Positions 13,600-24,804 of a stretch of DNA of 64,000 bases are shown piece by piece; the first letter of the stretch is position 1; each line of letters begins with the position of its first letter. Origin of the DNA: Selaginella moellendorffii (Eukaryota > Plantae > Lycopodiophyta); assembly GCF_000143415.4 (NCBI RefSeq), contig NW_003314288.1:820642-884641 (forward strand), in the 5' to 3' direction. The notes under the pieces are model-generated. The model was not told the DNA's origin. It worked only from the letters and a program-made list of their open reading frames with translations, and did no database searches. The position numbers and the translations under genes were made by a program.

Positions 13600-16370
13600 C
13601 AACACCTCCAGCCATCAACAGGGTCAGAAAAGAAAGAAAGGATAGGAGCAAGCAACTACTTCCCCTCTTCCTTTGGAATGTCATCCAAGTCATACTCAAA
13701 ATTAGGAAACAACTTCCTCACATCATCCTCAGCTTCCCATGTAGCATCATATGGAGAATAACCATTCCACTGAACAAGTAACTCTTTCCAAGTCTTACGA
13801 TGTGTGCGCACTAGCCGTTGCTATAACACACAAGTAGGGCCAACCTTCAAACATCTATCTCTGGAATCTTGATCACAGACTGGTCCAAGATAGCAAACAC
13901 ACCTTCAAATTCCTACATAGAAGACGGGATGAATCTTGACACCACTAGGCAAGTCTAGTTCATAGGCAAGGTCTCCAACTCATTTGAGAATAATCCACGG
14001 CCCACAGTACTGTGGTGACAACTTAGAACTACCTCCACCTTGAAGAGCTCACTGAGCTTCAGACAACCGAAGGAAAACCTTGTCTCCAACCTGAAACTGC
14101 TTGTGCTGACGATGCTCATCAGCCAACTCCTTTGCCTGGTGCACCTTAAGAGAAGCCAAGTTCATACCAACAGGGGACCGAGGTTGAAAGCCATACATTG
14201 CCATAAACGGAGCCATGTCAATAGCCAAATGGAAGGCACAATTATAGGCAAACTCTAACAAAGGTAGGTACTTCTCCCAAATACCTTGCCTCTTCAGATG
14301 ACCAACAAACAATCTCAGCATGTCTTCCAGCACCTAATTAACTCGTTTTGTTTGTCCATCTGACTGTGGATGCTCATGCTCAGCTTTGTCTCAAGCTTCT
14401 GGAACACCATCTGCCAAAACTCCAAAGTGAACATGGGATCCCAATCACTTACAACATCCTTAGGCAGCCCATAGAGAAATACAGCTGAGCAAGGTCAAAA
14501 GCCTTAGCATTTGTCTTCACAAGGAAGAAGTGAGCCAACAACATTACACAATCCACAACAACCCAGATAGCATCATTGCCTTGAAGTGCCTACTATGAAA
14601 CTCATAGAAAATGTTATCCCACTTCCGCTGAGGTTAACTATAGTAGAGACCTTCATGCTTCTGACAATCCATTGTGACCACCTGGCCAGTCTAACAACTG
14701 TGCACATACTTATCAACACCTGACTTCATTCCAGGCCAAAATAAATGCGTCTCTACCAGAACACACATCCTCGATGTCCTGCACTTGGTGCAACGGACAC
14801 TCTTACAGAATCCACTGTAAAAGAACATCATCTCTAGGAACCATAGCCCGATTCCTCTTGACTAGGAAACCATCTTGTACATCAAAGGAAGCACAATCAC
14901 ATTGGACAAGGCATCCCCCTTCAAAACAACTGCACATGCCTTCACTACAAAGGAGTTGAAGTCAGCAAGCTCCTTAATTTCATCCAGCAAACCACTGGAG
15001 AGCTTCCCAAACGAGATAGAGTTCACCATCCTAGACAATGGAGAAACAACCACCTATACTGTCTACTCCTTTCAAAAACAGGAAAATTGTCTTAAAGAAA
15101 AGTTGGAGATCTTGGAAAACCTAGCAACTTTGCTTTAAACATAAATCTTCTGAATTCACGAGTAATCTGCAGTCAAAATTACCCTTTGACTTTTACTCGG
15201 GAATCCCCGGGGAAATCGGTTTTCATCACCTTCAACCCCAGAGCAAACTCCTCTGGATCTGCACATCCATTTCCTGCAAAAACTCCAGACGATGAGCTAG
15301 CCAGCCTCAAAGCTCCATCTGGCAAGTGACAAGTGGTAAAGTTATCCACATGAAAAATCCAAACCATACAGATAATGCCTCCACTCTTTGACCGCAACAA
15401 CTACAACATACAACTTCCTATCCCGAGTTGGCAGTTCAACTAAGTTGCATCAAACTTGTGCCTTATGTAGGCAATAGAACAGCAGTCTTGCACCAAGACA
15501 GCTCCTATACCCTCATCACTAGCCTTGTTAATGAAAGTATGTGTAGCAACAGAGTCAAAGAGGACACTGAGCACTTGGCTATGCACAACTCATTGCACAA
15601 ACAACCGTACAGCTCAAATGAGTTGATACAATTCTTCTTCACTCCTTCAGAAAGCTTAGTGACAGCAGTGTCAGCTAGAACATGAGTAGATACATTCTCT
15701 CCTTGGTCCACACTGACACCCATGGCCTCACTAGGATCAGAAAGAGAAAAGGACTCATGAGCCATACCCTCTGAACGCATAGACTCCATAAAGTGAGCCT
15801 TAGCCTTCTACCACAAGTGGCTTATCACAAGCAAATATCTATAGAATATACATAATTGCTTTAACAGCTCAAATGCTTCTTGACACTTTTACCCCACACA
15901 ACCTTAGCATGCTTGGTGGTGTTTCGAAGCATATCCATCAAAGGAGCAGCAATCAAGGAGAAGTCCTTCACAAACCGGCAAAAGACTCCCACCATACCAA
16001 GGAAACCCATGCACAGTAGGGGGAACAAGCTAGTCAACGACTATCTGAGTCTTTTGAGGATTTTCCCGCACACCATCTCGTGGCACCACATGTCCGAGAT
16101 AGGTGATCTCCTCCAAGAAGGACTCACGCTTTGAGAGTTTAGAATACAGCTTGTTCTCCCTCAATAGCGGCAACATTTGCCTCACATGCATCTCATGTTC
16201 CTCCTTAGTCATAGGACATCATCAAAGTAGTGCCTCGCACATGAGATTGCATAACTCTATCAAAAGAACTGCTTGATAATAGCTAGCCTCAGCCATCATA
16301 CGAAGCAACATCTTTGCTTAGTTAGAAAAGACTCCTTGAGCATTCCAAAGCTTCAAAACGAGATAGTCAA
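13600..16370 (-). mobile_element. Deletion-riddled chromodomain gypsy remnant (family B), copy 1
   Basis: RT (LRENKLYSKLSK..ITYLGHVV), RNase H, integrase (WEKYLPLLEFAYN), chromodomain-like LLVQWNGYSPYDATWE, PPT GGAAGAGGGGAAG. Confidence 0.8.
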
Positions 16371-16374
16371 AGGA

Positions 16375-17182
16375 TCTCAGCTAGCAATAAGTAACATGGC
16401 TAGTCTTCTTTTGATCAATTCTTCTTGGTTGATTTCATATTGTATTGCTATTCGTAGTGATGGAATGATGTACTCGAGTGGTGTCAAAGATTCAAGGCCG
16501 TAGGTGAGCTTGAATAGTGTTGAATTTGTTGAAACCTTATATGCGGTTTAATATGCCTACAGGGCATCGTAGATGTGATCATCCCAGTCTTTCTGATTTA
16601 TTTTCATGATTTTCATAAGGATTTTTTTGAGTGTCTTGTTTGTAGACTTTGCTTGACCATTGTCTTGAGGGTAATACGGTGTTGAAGCCTTGTGCTAGAT
16701 AGTGAATTCTTGAGTTAGAATTTTGATTTCAATGATAAAGTATATTCTTTGATTAGTGATGAGTTCTCAAGGTAAGCCATATCTTGTGCTGATGTTTTTG
16801 TAGATGAACTTTGTTGTGTTCTTTGTTGTAGCAGTCTTTATTGGTTGAGTTTTAGCTCATTTTGTCATATAATTTATTGCAATTAGAATGTACTAGGTTT
16901 TCTTGGAGCTTGTCATAAGTAGACCAACAAAATTGAGTCCCCATCATTGAAAAGGTTTAAGTGGAATTTTTGGATGAAATTCTTGAGTTTATTTCTTTGG
17001 GGCATACTTGGTTCTTTGGTAAATGTTGCATTTTTGACAGAACTTGGCTTAGTTGTGCCAAAGTGTTGGCCACCAAAGTCTTACTTGTAAAATTTTTCAA
17101 GCTATGATTTCTTTAGCAAAATGTCCTTTTACTTGTCCGCAATAAACTTCTTCAAGTAGATCTTGTGTTTCTTCTGGGTTTG
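16375..17182 (-). mobile_element. Integrase fragment of the A-rich gypsy (family C)
   Basis: Inverted copy of ~32040-32845. Confidence 0.75.
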
Positions 17183-17410
17183 AGGAGAGAGCCAATCTTA
17201 TAAGCCCAGTGGAGTAGAGGAATTGTCACCAGAGAGTAAAATCTTTGCTTCTTCGAGGGTGTCCTTGTTCTTGCAAGGCAAGAAGGATTATCTTCTTCTT
17301 AGCCGTGATCTCCAAGCTAGATTGGAATGTTCTTTCTCCGTCCAGGATTCTTGGATTCTTGCAAGGAATACCTCGCGAATCGCGAATGTGTGTGAGATCC
17401 AGCAAAGTTT

Positions 17411-17624
17411 ATGGCATTGCTCTTCCCCAATTTCGTGATTTCCACAGACACCTCAGAGGATTGCTTGCTCTCCTGGGGAGCACTGCTCAAGAACTGCCGG
17501 GATCTGTCACAGGGGAGGCGAATCCAGGCCCGCATTGCACAGAGCGAGCACCGCTGCAACAAATACCTCGCGAATCTGCTCGTCCTGATGTATGGCAAAT
17601 GCTGCAGCGTCGATGACTGCATTT
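17411..17624 (+). pseudogene. PPR N-terminal fragment abutting SEC16 copy 2
   Basis: LLKNCRDLSQGRRIQARI...YLANLLVLMYGKC is a typical first PLS motif. Confidence 0.7.
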
Positions 17625-19891
17625 GAGGTGAAAAGGCTACTGATTGCCGGAAAGCAGAAAGAGGCTTTACGGGCTGCTCAAGACGGGCAACTTTGGGGAT
17701 GTGCTCTTCTTATGGCCGAGAGAAGGTACCTTGTCTTGTAGCTTTGATGTATAGACCGTTAGTGATGGTCTTGTGGTTTTTAATAGTTCTACACCGACAC
17801 TATAGCGGAGATGGCTCAACGTCAGTTTCAACCAGGGTTTCAGCAGCAGTACAAAAGCTGTTTTGTCTCATGGTGCTACACGACGGGAACAAATATGTCC
17901 TTGGTTCTAGCTACGTAACAGCGTTTCAACCTCAACCGGTTCCAGCATCCGCTGTAGATGGTGCAACACAGGTAAAATACTGTTATCAAGCTACTCTCTT
18001 GCTTAAGGAGTGCATGTTGACTTGCAGGACGCAGTAGAAGGAATGCTCGAAGAATGGCAGGAAAACCTGGCTATAATGGCAGCTAAGCGAACTAATGGGG
18101 ACGAGAGAGTGATTATGCATCTTGGTGATTGTCTCTGGAGACATCAAGATGAGGTATATACATGGTCACACATTGATGTTTCTCATAATTTTAACTTGCA
18201 GATATGTGGAGCCCATATTTGCTATCTTGTTGCAAATGCTAGTTTTGAGCCTTTCTCCCCTTCTGCCAGACTTTGTCTTATAGGTGCCGACCATTGTAAG
18301 TATCCACGCACGTACGCTAGTCCAGAAACTATCCAGGTAAGCCGTGTTTGTCCTCAATAACAATTGTTAACCTTTTCTTCATCAGCGAATGGAAGTGTAC
18401 GAATTTGCAAGAGTGACTAGTTTATTTTACTTCCTTTTCAGCCATACAAGCTTATTTATGCGTTGATGCTTGCTGAAGCTGGAAAGATAAACGAAGCTTT
18501 AAGGTTGGTAGTGCTTTTTAACTGTATCCTTAAGGTTTCTCTTCGAAGGTATTGCCAAGCGGTGTTGAAAACATTGAAAACAGTGGGCCATGCAGCTGAT
18601 GTGTGCAAAGAAGCGGCTGTAGCCTTGGAAGAGCATCTTCATATCCACTCTCAGGTTTGTAATCGGACACTCGGCTTTTATACTCACTTTCCTGTTATCC
18701 AGGGAGGCTTGACATCAATTGTGCAACGGTTTTTTGGCAATATTGATGATAGGCCCTTCTTCCCCGAAAGCTTCTGATAATGCTGATATTAATAACCGTC
18801 CAGCTAAAGGAACGCCAAACAGAGGCGTCTTTACTTCTTTCGTGCAAAGAGCGATGGGCTTCATAATAACACCTTCGAAGGAGGTTTGTATAAGCTTTGG
18901 AAAGAGCAGTAGCTGATTGATGGTTGGTACGTGATGCAGGCAAAGCTTGGCGACAGCAACAAGTTTAGATACGACAAGACACTGAAGCGCTGGGTTGAAG
19001 AAAAAGCCAAGGCACAAGTGCCAGAGCTTCCGTTGGCTCCTCCGGCAAACAAGCTCGTCTTGCGCGTGGAGGAGAATGGCGCTCCTATTTCCATGTCTCC
19101 GGAGAGACCACAGCCAACTCCGGAAAGGCCGCAACCGGTTGTGAGTGGAATCCCACCAATGCCTCCGAGCAGTAACCAGTATGCAGCTCGCGCACGTCAA
19201 AACGTTAGATCAAGGTACCGTTTTGGTCATTCCCAGCACTCCAATCTCATGAGGTTTTTGCAGATATTTCGATACATTCAACAAAGGTATCGTAACACCA
19301 TCCAAGACATCATCGGACTCTCCTCCACTGTTTGGCGTGGTGCCAAAGGCAAGTGCAAAGCCTTTGGCTCCAGCGAGATTTTTCGTGCCTGCGCCCGCTG
19401 CTGCTGCTGCTGCTCCAGATATCAACAGCAACCATTCGGTGGATCCTTCCTCGGCACCGGCCTTTGTCCCCGACACGGCATTCTCAAACGGGAATGGACC
19501 GTTTGCAGCAGCAGCATTCGCTCAGCCGGTTGTACAGGATATGAGATGCGATCCGGGGCCAATGCCTGATCATCTCTTGAGCGGCTCTTCGCCAGCAATG
19601 TTCTATTCGAATCACTATCCAGAAGCACCGTCGACCGTCTCGTTGCCGCCACCTCCAGCTCTGGAAGTCACTCCGCCAGTGATGGTTGAGCAGCAGCAGC
19701 AAAACCAACACCAGGAAAGTTCGATTCATCGGCACCACCATCAACAGTCCGGTACAGTGGGATTCGAAGCTGCCAGTTCCTCCGGAGTGTTTGGAGACGA
19801 CTTGCAAGAGGAGAGGACAATTCATGCGACCTGCCGAGTTAAAACAGGCACGTAGAAAAAAATGTGATGTTCTTCCTTTGTGGAATTGTAA
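17625..19891 (+). pseudogene. SEC16: SEC16-like fragment, copy 2 (longest 5' extent)
   Basis: EVKRLLIAGKQKEALRAAQDGQLWG, EEWQENLAIMAA, HLGDCLW, AHICYLVA..ARLCLIGADH; internal deletions, frameshifts and a 69-bp insertion near the stop. Confidence 0.88.
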
Positions 19892-21229
19892 ATCACACCC
19901 CACAAATAAGTAGTTGGGTTAGTAGAGCAGTGTAGCGAAGTAGTAGTCGTGGAAGGAGGAATTTTTTTTGGCTGGGGTGATTCTTTGGAGCCACAAGCGA
20001 GAAAGCAAGATAACTAAAATGGATCAAACAATATAATTCAGGAATTAAATTCTATAAAGCAATAAAATTTAAAATGAAAACGGTAAAATCTAACATAGAA
20101 TTTAAATAGAATAAAATAGAGTAAAAAACTAGAACATATGCAACATATACTCTTCAATAATAAATTTCAAGCCATGATTCTCATTGTATAATCCATTAAA
20201 CATAATTTCGATAAATACTAAAAAAATTCTAGTTATGTCATTTTTTTAAAAAACTTTTTATGGTTGAACTATATGACAACATTAAATATCTGTACTACAT
20301 TATTTAATAATCCTGCCTAAATTCAAACAAAACTGATACAAGCTATTAGTATCATAACACTACCCTATTCTTTGTCTAAGGAAATTTTCCCCCTCTTAGT
20401 CTTATGGTTTTTTCTTAGGTTTTATTATTTGAGTTCTCTATAGATCACATCTTAGGAGGCATTTTTCCTTCCTCTCTAGCACATCCTAAGCACATATCTC
20501 TCCCACACTGTTTTGGTTTGTTTATGGCCATGGTAAGTTTTTCTTTCCTCAAAACATATGGTTTCCATTATTATAAAGAATATACACTTATTGCTTGGCG
20601 TGAGACTATATGATAGTGTAGTGTATTTACAAGAGAGTCATCCCATACTTGTCTATAGGCATGAGAGCGCATGCCTAAAAATCTCAAAACAAAAGAACAA
20701 AGATTTACAAGAGAGAGTCATCTAAAACTTGTCTATAGGTGTACAAGTGCACACCAAGAAATGTCAAGCTTCTTTGGAGAAACTCAAATTTGAGTTTTGC
20801 TAGGCATGAGCCCACACGCTAGCTTAAAAAAACAAGAGACTATGAGAGAGAGTGTGTTAGAAATCCTTACATTTTTGAAAAATGAGTTTGAGACCATGCT
20901 TGTTCAAAGTTAAGTAACCCCCATTTCTCTGGTCATTTTACAAAGTTGCACTTACCAATCTGTTTCTCTCTTAATTTAACTTTGGTTTATTGTGAGCTCA
21001 TATTCTTTCATCAATACATTAAATTGGGTTTAGCGTGCAAGTGCATGCTAGAAATTCTTTGACTTTGTATGTGCTTATTTTATGCATTTTTAATTATTTT
21101 TGCTACATATTTTCATGTTTTGTCTTCTCATATTCACAAAAGGAGCTTTGTTTTTTAATTTTCTTTTTTCTTGTCTTTTTTTTTGTTCTATTTGTGTTTT
21201 GATATTTGTAATTTTCTTTGTTTTCCTCA

Positions 21230-21822
21230 AGTTGTTAAAAGGAGATGTAATAGAGATTGTTTGGGATAATGGAGAATCAATTGCAAAGGGAATAATAGAA
21301 TCTTTAGATGCTACTTGCATTTGTCACTGTGCTTCTTTAAGCGTTAGATGTGTTTTGCTTTGCATTATTAAGGTGTTTAACTCGAATTACTCCCCCTTTA
21401 CAGGTGAGTTGGATGTTAGTGGGTTTTCTATATAGAAGCAGAATCAACTGATGTCTCTAATAGAGATATTTCCTACCAAAATCTCTTAGGGAAATACAAT
21501 TAGAACATAGAGGAATAATGATGAAGATGTTATTCCATAGAAGATAGAAAGTAAAAATATTTCCGGAGGCAAAAATATCCCTAATTTTGGTTATTCTTCT
21601 ATAGATATAAATGCTTGTAATATATGGTATAAAGCTCTTGTGAAGATAGTGGATGCTATACATGCAATTATGGCTGAGGGACTAGTTATTGTTGTAGACC
21701 CTCAAGATGCTCTACACTACATAACTTTAGGATGGGATTATATTGGAATCTCAAACTCTTCTTTTGTTGATGTTTCAAGTAAGTTGAAAATAGGTAGTCT
21801 AGTTCAATGGAAACTATCTTAA
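21230..21822 (+). mobile_element. Probable CACTA/En-Spm TnpA-type (Tnp1-like) remnant
   Basis: Two motifs, IAKGIIESLDATCICHCASL and MAEGLVIVVDPQDALHYITLG..VQW, resemble the Tnp1/En/Spm domain; contains stops; inverted copy at ~47520-48110. Confidence 0.45.
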
Positions 21823-23314
21823 ACTCTTTTTGGTAATAGTATACCATTTACCATATTAATAAGCACTTGCATTTCTTCTTCACATTATTGAAAATGAAAA
21901 TATACATTTATCAGATGAGCTATTAAGAACCAACCAAGCAAATAGAAATCAAATACCAAAGATTTAACAAGTCGAGGTCCCTTGGGGACGATGGGGAATA
22001 AAAATAACAGTTAATCAAAGCATGGATAGCGATCGAAGATAAAAAATACAAGAATCAAGGATCTAGAAACCTATATCAACAACAACCTTGAGAACAACAA
22101 CACTTAGAATATAACCACTACTCAGGTTAGACTTTTTGAACATCACTATCGACTGGAGAATGCGGACGCTCATAGTGAGGGTGTGCATGACTTTATACAA
22201 CACAATTAAAGGTAGGCCACAATTACTTTACAATAATTTAACACAACAAGGACTCATAAAAAGAGTAGCCATAGTATGCACTTTTGTTTGATTTTGAAGT
22301 TGGCGAGCAAAGACTTTGTTAAAGACTAATCAACTTTACCGAGCTGAGTACAACATAACAACACAAATACCAATACATAAGATTATGTTAGTTTATACCA
22401 CATGATTCTACAACTATACAACATTGCCTTGAGAAGAACACAACAAACCAAAGACAACAACAAAACCAAGAAAGCAAATTCAAAAAAATGATAACTCAAG
22501 AAAACTTTAGCATAATAGAAGACTCAAGCTTAAATCAAAATCCTAGAGACCATATTCAAGACTTTCGACAAAACGACCCAAGCCACACAAGATTTACTCA
22601 CTGAACAACGTAAGTATATTTGGTATGTACAAGGATTGAATAAGATATACTAGCAAATGGTTACTCTTGCAAGTACATAAGAAGATCTAGATGTCGAGAC
22701 CTCTATTGACAATATCTCCAAGAAAATCAAGAACCTCAAGAAACAACTCTAAAAATTTTTAAAAGTAGAAACAACAAGAATAAACGACTCTTCTAATGAT
22801 AAGGAAGAATACAAACTCGAAGTCATGAAGAAAGACAAGAATCAAGAACTTACCAAAATATTCAAGAAAGTTACAATCAAGAACAAACTTAAAAAAAGAG
22901 TATAGTGTACGAAATGTAAGAACAAAGGATACATCCTAACGGAGTGTAAATTACTGATTCTTAAGTGTTAGATCTGTTAAAAATAAAGATATATAGCAAA
23001 GATCTATCGATACAAAAGAGCAACTAAAGTCATATGAGTTAAGAATATACCTTGAACTCCTATACCAACTAGAAGACATTATAATCAACCCAGACAAGAA
23101 CCACAGTAGTGGTAACTGAACTATCAGAATCAAGGTACATATAATCCTAACCCTAGATACCATCAACAATACAATAATGGCAACCAAGACAATCAGTATC
23201 AGCGACCATACCAATAGGCTTATTATCAGCCTTATCGAGACAACCAACAATGGAGACCACCACCCCAGCAAAACAACTATCAACAATAGTACCACAACAA
23301 TCAACAATGGAGAC

Positions 23315-23700
23315 TGTCAGGAACCCCCAATCCTTGCCACATTCCTGACTCTTGTCGGATTCCTGACCTGCAGACCACATTCCTGATTCTCGAGACACTT
23401 CCCTATTCCTGACTCTCGAGACACTTCCCTATTCCTGACTCTCAAGACACTTCCCAATTCCTGAGTCTCGAGCCACATTCCTGATATTGATGTGGCGCCT
23501 CCTCGACCTCAGCTATATTTAGGCCGTCTTCAATCCAAGAGTGGTGGAGCTTCATCAACCTATAGTATATATAGGTTAGCCTTGTTCCATTTCTCCACAA
23601 TATGAATCAACACTAGTCTAAGGCCTCTTCTTTGTTTTCACTAGCTTTTTCTCTTTGTCTTTAGCATTTTCTAGTCTTGATCTTGTTGGGGGTCTTGACA
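23315..23700 (+). repeat. 5' LTR (386 bp) with 26-bp tandem units
   Basis: Near-identical to 28545-28957; TATATATA at 23566-23573. Confidence 0.95.
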
Positions 23701-23702
23701 GT

Positions 23703-23718
23703 TTGATTCAGATTGTGG
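23703..23718 (+). promoter_or_regulatory. Non-tRNA primer-binding site, complementary to the element's own LTR
   Basis: TTGATTCAGATTGTGG is the reverse complement of CCACAATCTGAATCAA (28852-28867 exact; 23595-23610 one mismatch); no TGG-type tRNA PBS. Confidence 0.8.
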
Positions 23719-23797
23719 TTTTTGCTTTTCTTTTAGCTCGCTTTGATTATTTGATTGCCTTTATCTTTTTCCCCCTTTCTTTTCTTTCTTCTTGCCA

Positions 23798-24787
23798 ATG
23801 GAGTCTCCAAGCCATCCTGATTTCTTTGCCGAAGTCCTTGCAAAAATCCAGTNNNNNNNNNNNNNNNNNNNNNNNNNNNNNNNNNNNNNNNNNNNNNNNN
23901 NNNNNNNNNNNNNNNNNNNNNNNNNNNNNNNNNNNNNNNNNNNNNNNNNNNNTTCCTGAACTGAAGGTGAGTTTCCCGGCGAAATTTTCAGGCAAGCGTT
24001 CGGAGCTTCGTGGATTTTTGAACCAAATGGAGCTGATCTTTGCACTTCAACATCGGCGGTACCCCACTCCCGAGTCTCAAATCGGCGCGATTGGGACGTT
24101 GCTCGAGGGTGTAGCTTTGTCATGGTTTTCTCCTCTTCTAGAGAAGAGCATGAAAGGGGTCGTGGTTCCGGAGCTGATGGATCTTCAATTGTTCAAAGAG
24201 AAGCTCGAAGCATGTTTTGGCGAGACGGATCGGGTTCGGGCTGCTACCACAAAGATGAGACATCTCTCTCAGGGGTCTTGTCCTGCCTCGATCTATGCTG
24301 CAGAGTTCCAACTCCTTGCCTTGGACACTCAGTGGGATGAGCGGGCCCTGATTGACCAATTTCGTTTCGGCCTCAACAACGGTGTCAAGGATTTGTTGCT
24401 CACCATGGAGGATCCCAAGGACCTGTCGGACGCCATCAACAAAGCTATTCAATGTGACAATCATCTCTTTGAACGTCGTCAGGAAAGTTGCCGCGCCGCT
24501 GTTTTTCCGTCCCAGACTTAGGAATCCCAGCTTGAGTCTTCGGGGCATAGTCCTAAACCTACTGCTCCGGTCCCGATGGATATTTCTGGTACTCCCCGAC
24601 TCATTAGAGGAAGTTGAGTCCTGCTGAGAAGCAATGTCGAATATCTCATAATCTTTGCCTCCACTATGCTGATCCTAATCACAAAGCAGTTGTGTGTCCC
24701 AAGAAGCCTCCCCAATTGCTCGAGTTCACTCTGCCTCAAAGTCCACCTCTGTTGCAGTCGGGAAATGACCCTGTCCAAACAGAGTAA
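23798..24787 (+). pseudogene. gag: Chromovirus gag (spans the gap; stop at 24519, frameshift ~24611)
   Basis: PAKFSGKRSELRGFL..GVALSWF..QFRFGLNNGVKD; PVPMDI; degenerate zinc knuckle LCLHYADPNHKAVVCP. Confidence 0.88.
23853..23952. other. Assembly gap (100 N)
   Basis: Run of N. Confidence 1.
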
Positions 24788-24804
24788 GAGCTGTCTGTTT
24801 GGAC
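24760..24804 (+). promoter_or_regulatory. -1 programmed ribosomal frameshift signal (gag to pol)
   Basis: G GGA AAT in the gag frame, 6-nt spacer, perfect 11-bp stem GTCCAAACAGA/TCTGTTTGGAC; the -1 frame is the pol frame. Confidence 0.75.

Noticed and set aside
22951-23307. Membrane-protein-like ORFs (also 28977-29189)
   Set aside because: Antisense of the CAA-rich gag linker of gypsy C
23380-23480. 26-bp repeats as a CRISPR or iteron array
   Set aside because: Head-to-tail units inside an LTR with no spacers
23655-23797. Hydrophobic N-terminal extension of the gag ORF
   Set aside because: T-rich LTR/leader read across an N-gap of arbitrary length; the real start is more likely ATG 23798
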